From Naegleria gruberi (lineage: Eukaryota), in NCBI GenBank assembly GCA_000004985.1, contig GG738853.1: a stretch of 64,000 nucleotides of DNA. One strand, written 5' to 3'. Numbering within the stretch: position 1 is the first letter of the stretch; every line of letters starts with the position of its first letter. Below the pieces are notes generated by a model. It did no database searches. It was not told the DNA's origin and was given only the letters and a program-made list of their open reading frames with translations. Shown piece by piece: positions 62,701 through 64,000 of this stretch. The position numbers were made by a program, and so were the translations under genes.

Positions 62701-64000
62701 NNNNNNNNNNNNNNNNNNNNNNNNNNNNNNNNNNNNNNNNNNNNNNNNNNNNNNNNNNNNNNNNNNNNNNNNNNNNNNNNNNNNNNNNNNNNNNNNNNNN
62801 NNNNNNNNNNNNNNNNNNNNNNNNNNNNNNNNNNNNNNNNNNNNNNNNNNNNNNNNNNNNNNNNNNNNNNNNNNNNNNNNNNNNNNNNNNNNNNNNNNNN
62901 NNNNNNNNNNNNNNNNNNNNNNNNNNNNNNNNNNNNNNNNNNNNNNNNNNNNNNNNNNNNNNNNNNNNNNNNNNNNNNNNNNNNNNNNNNNNNNNNNNNN
63001 NNNNNNNNNNNNNNNNNNNNNNNNNNNNNNNNNNNNNNNNNNNNNNNNNNNNNNNNNNNNNNNNNNNNNNNNNNNNNNNNNNNNNNNNNNNNNNNNNNNN
63101 NNNNNNNNNNNNNNNNNNNNNNNNNNNNNNNNNNNNNNNNNNNNNNNNNNNNNNNNNNNNNNNNNNNNNNNNNNNNNNNNNNNNNNNNNNNNNNNNNNNN
63201 NNNNNNNNNNNNNNNNNNNNNNNNNNNNNNNNNNNNNNNNNNNNNNNNNNNNNNNNNNNNNNNNNNNNNNNNNNNNNNNNNNNNNNNNNNNNNNNNNNNN
63301 NNNNNNNNNNNNNNNNNNNNNNNNNNNNNNNNNNNNNNNNNNNNNNNNNNNNNNNNNNNNNNNNNNNNNNNNNNNNNNNNNNNNNNNNNNNNNNNNNNNN
63401 NNNNNNNNNNNNNNNNNNNNNNNNNNNNNNNNNNNNNNNNNNNNNNNNNNNNNNNNNNNNNNNNNNNNNNNNNNNNNNNNNNNNNNNNNNNNNNNNNNNN
63501 NNNNNNNNNNNNNNNNNNNNNNNNNNNNNNNNNNNNNNNNNNNNNNNNNNNNNNNNNNNNNNNNNNNNNNNNNNNNNNNNNNNNNNNNNNNNNNNNNNNN
63601 NNNNNNNNNNNNNNNNNNNNNNNNNNNNNNNNNNNNNNNNNNNNNNNNNNNNNNNNNNNNNNNNNNNNNNNNNNNNNNNNNNNNNNNNNNNNNNNNNNNN
63701 NNNNNNNNNNNNNNNNNNNNNNNNNNNNNNNNNNNNNNNNNNNNNNNNNNNNNNNNNNNNNNNNNNNNNNNNNNNNNNNNNNNNNNNNNNNNNNNNNNNN
63801 NNNNNNNNNNNNNNNNNNNNNNNNNNNNNNNNNNNNNNNNNNNNNNNNNNNNNNNNNNNNNNNNNNNNNNNNNNNNNNNNNNNNNNNNNNNNNNNNNNNN
63901 NNNNNNNNNNNNNNNNNNNNNNNNNNNNNNNNNNNNNNNNNNNNNNNNNNNNNNNNNNNNNNNNNNNNNNNNNNNNNNNNNNNNNNNNNNNNNNNNNNNN
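50761..64000. other. assembly gap (13,240 N)
   Basis: Run of n to the window end. Confidence 1.

Overview
This window is AT-rich (roughly two-thirds AT) nuclear DNA from a unicellular eukaryote, not a prokaryote. The evidence is N/S/E-rich low-complexity coding tracts, short canonical GT..AG introns of 49-440 bp (GTAAGT, GTGAGT, GTATGT donors), A-rich sequence before ATGs, and long single-exon genes. The gene content (DNA-PKcs, mitochondrial Oxa1, CenH3, an AP-3 adaptin) fits an amoebozoan or heterolobosean-type protist, dictyostelid-like, but I cannot name the species. Only 1..50046 and a 654-bp island at 50107..50760 carry sequence. Positions 50047..50106 and 50761..64000 are runs of N (scaffold gaps), so about 21% of the window is unknowable. 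The ORF track writes alternative start codons (TTG, GTG) as M, so several listed starts are not real ATGs; I say so where it matters. Recognisable genes, 5'->3': a partial ankyrin-repeat protein; a MAPEG microsomal-GST-like protein; a phage tail-collar-domain protein (candidate horizontal transfer, with a second copy on the gap-flanked island); a secreted NHL-repeat plus EGF/tenascin-repeat protein; a three-exon mitochondrial Oxa1/YidC insertase; a 1776-aa polytopic PAS plus class III adenylyl cyclase; a three-exon ankyrin protein; a secreted aminoacylase-1-like M20 peptidase; a ~4600-aa DNA-PKcs-like PIKK spread over four frame-offset ORFs; an AP-3 beta adaptin with a poly-Glu hinge; a two-exon unknown protein; a pfkB/adenosine-kinase-like kinase; a two-pore K+ channel; an RCC1-like repeat protein; a three-exon centromeric histone H3 (CenH3) candidate; an ARMT1/DUF89 damage-control phosphatase; and an MRH-domain secretory protein. 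No rRNA, tRNA or CRISPR array could be supported by eye. Splice coordinates not anchored by the ORF track are accurate to about +/-2 nt.
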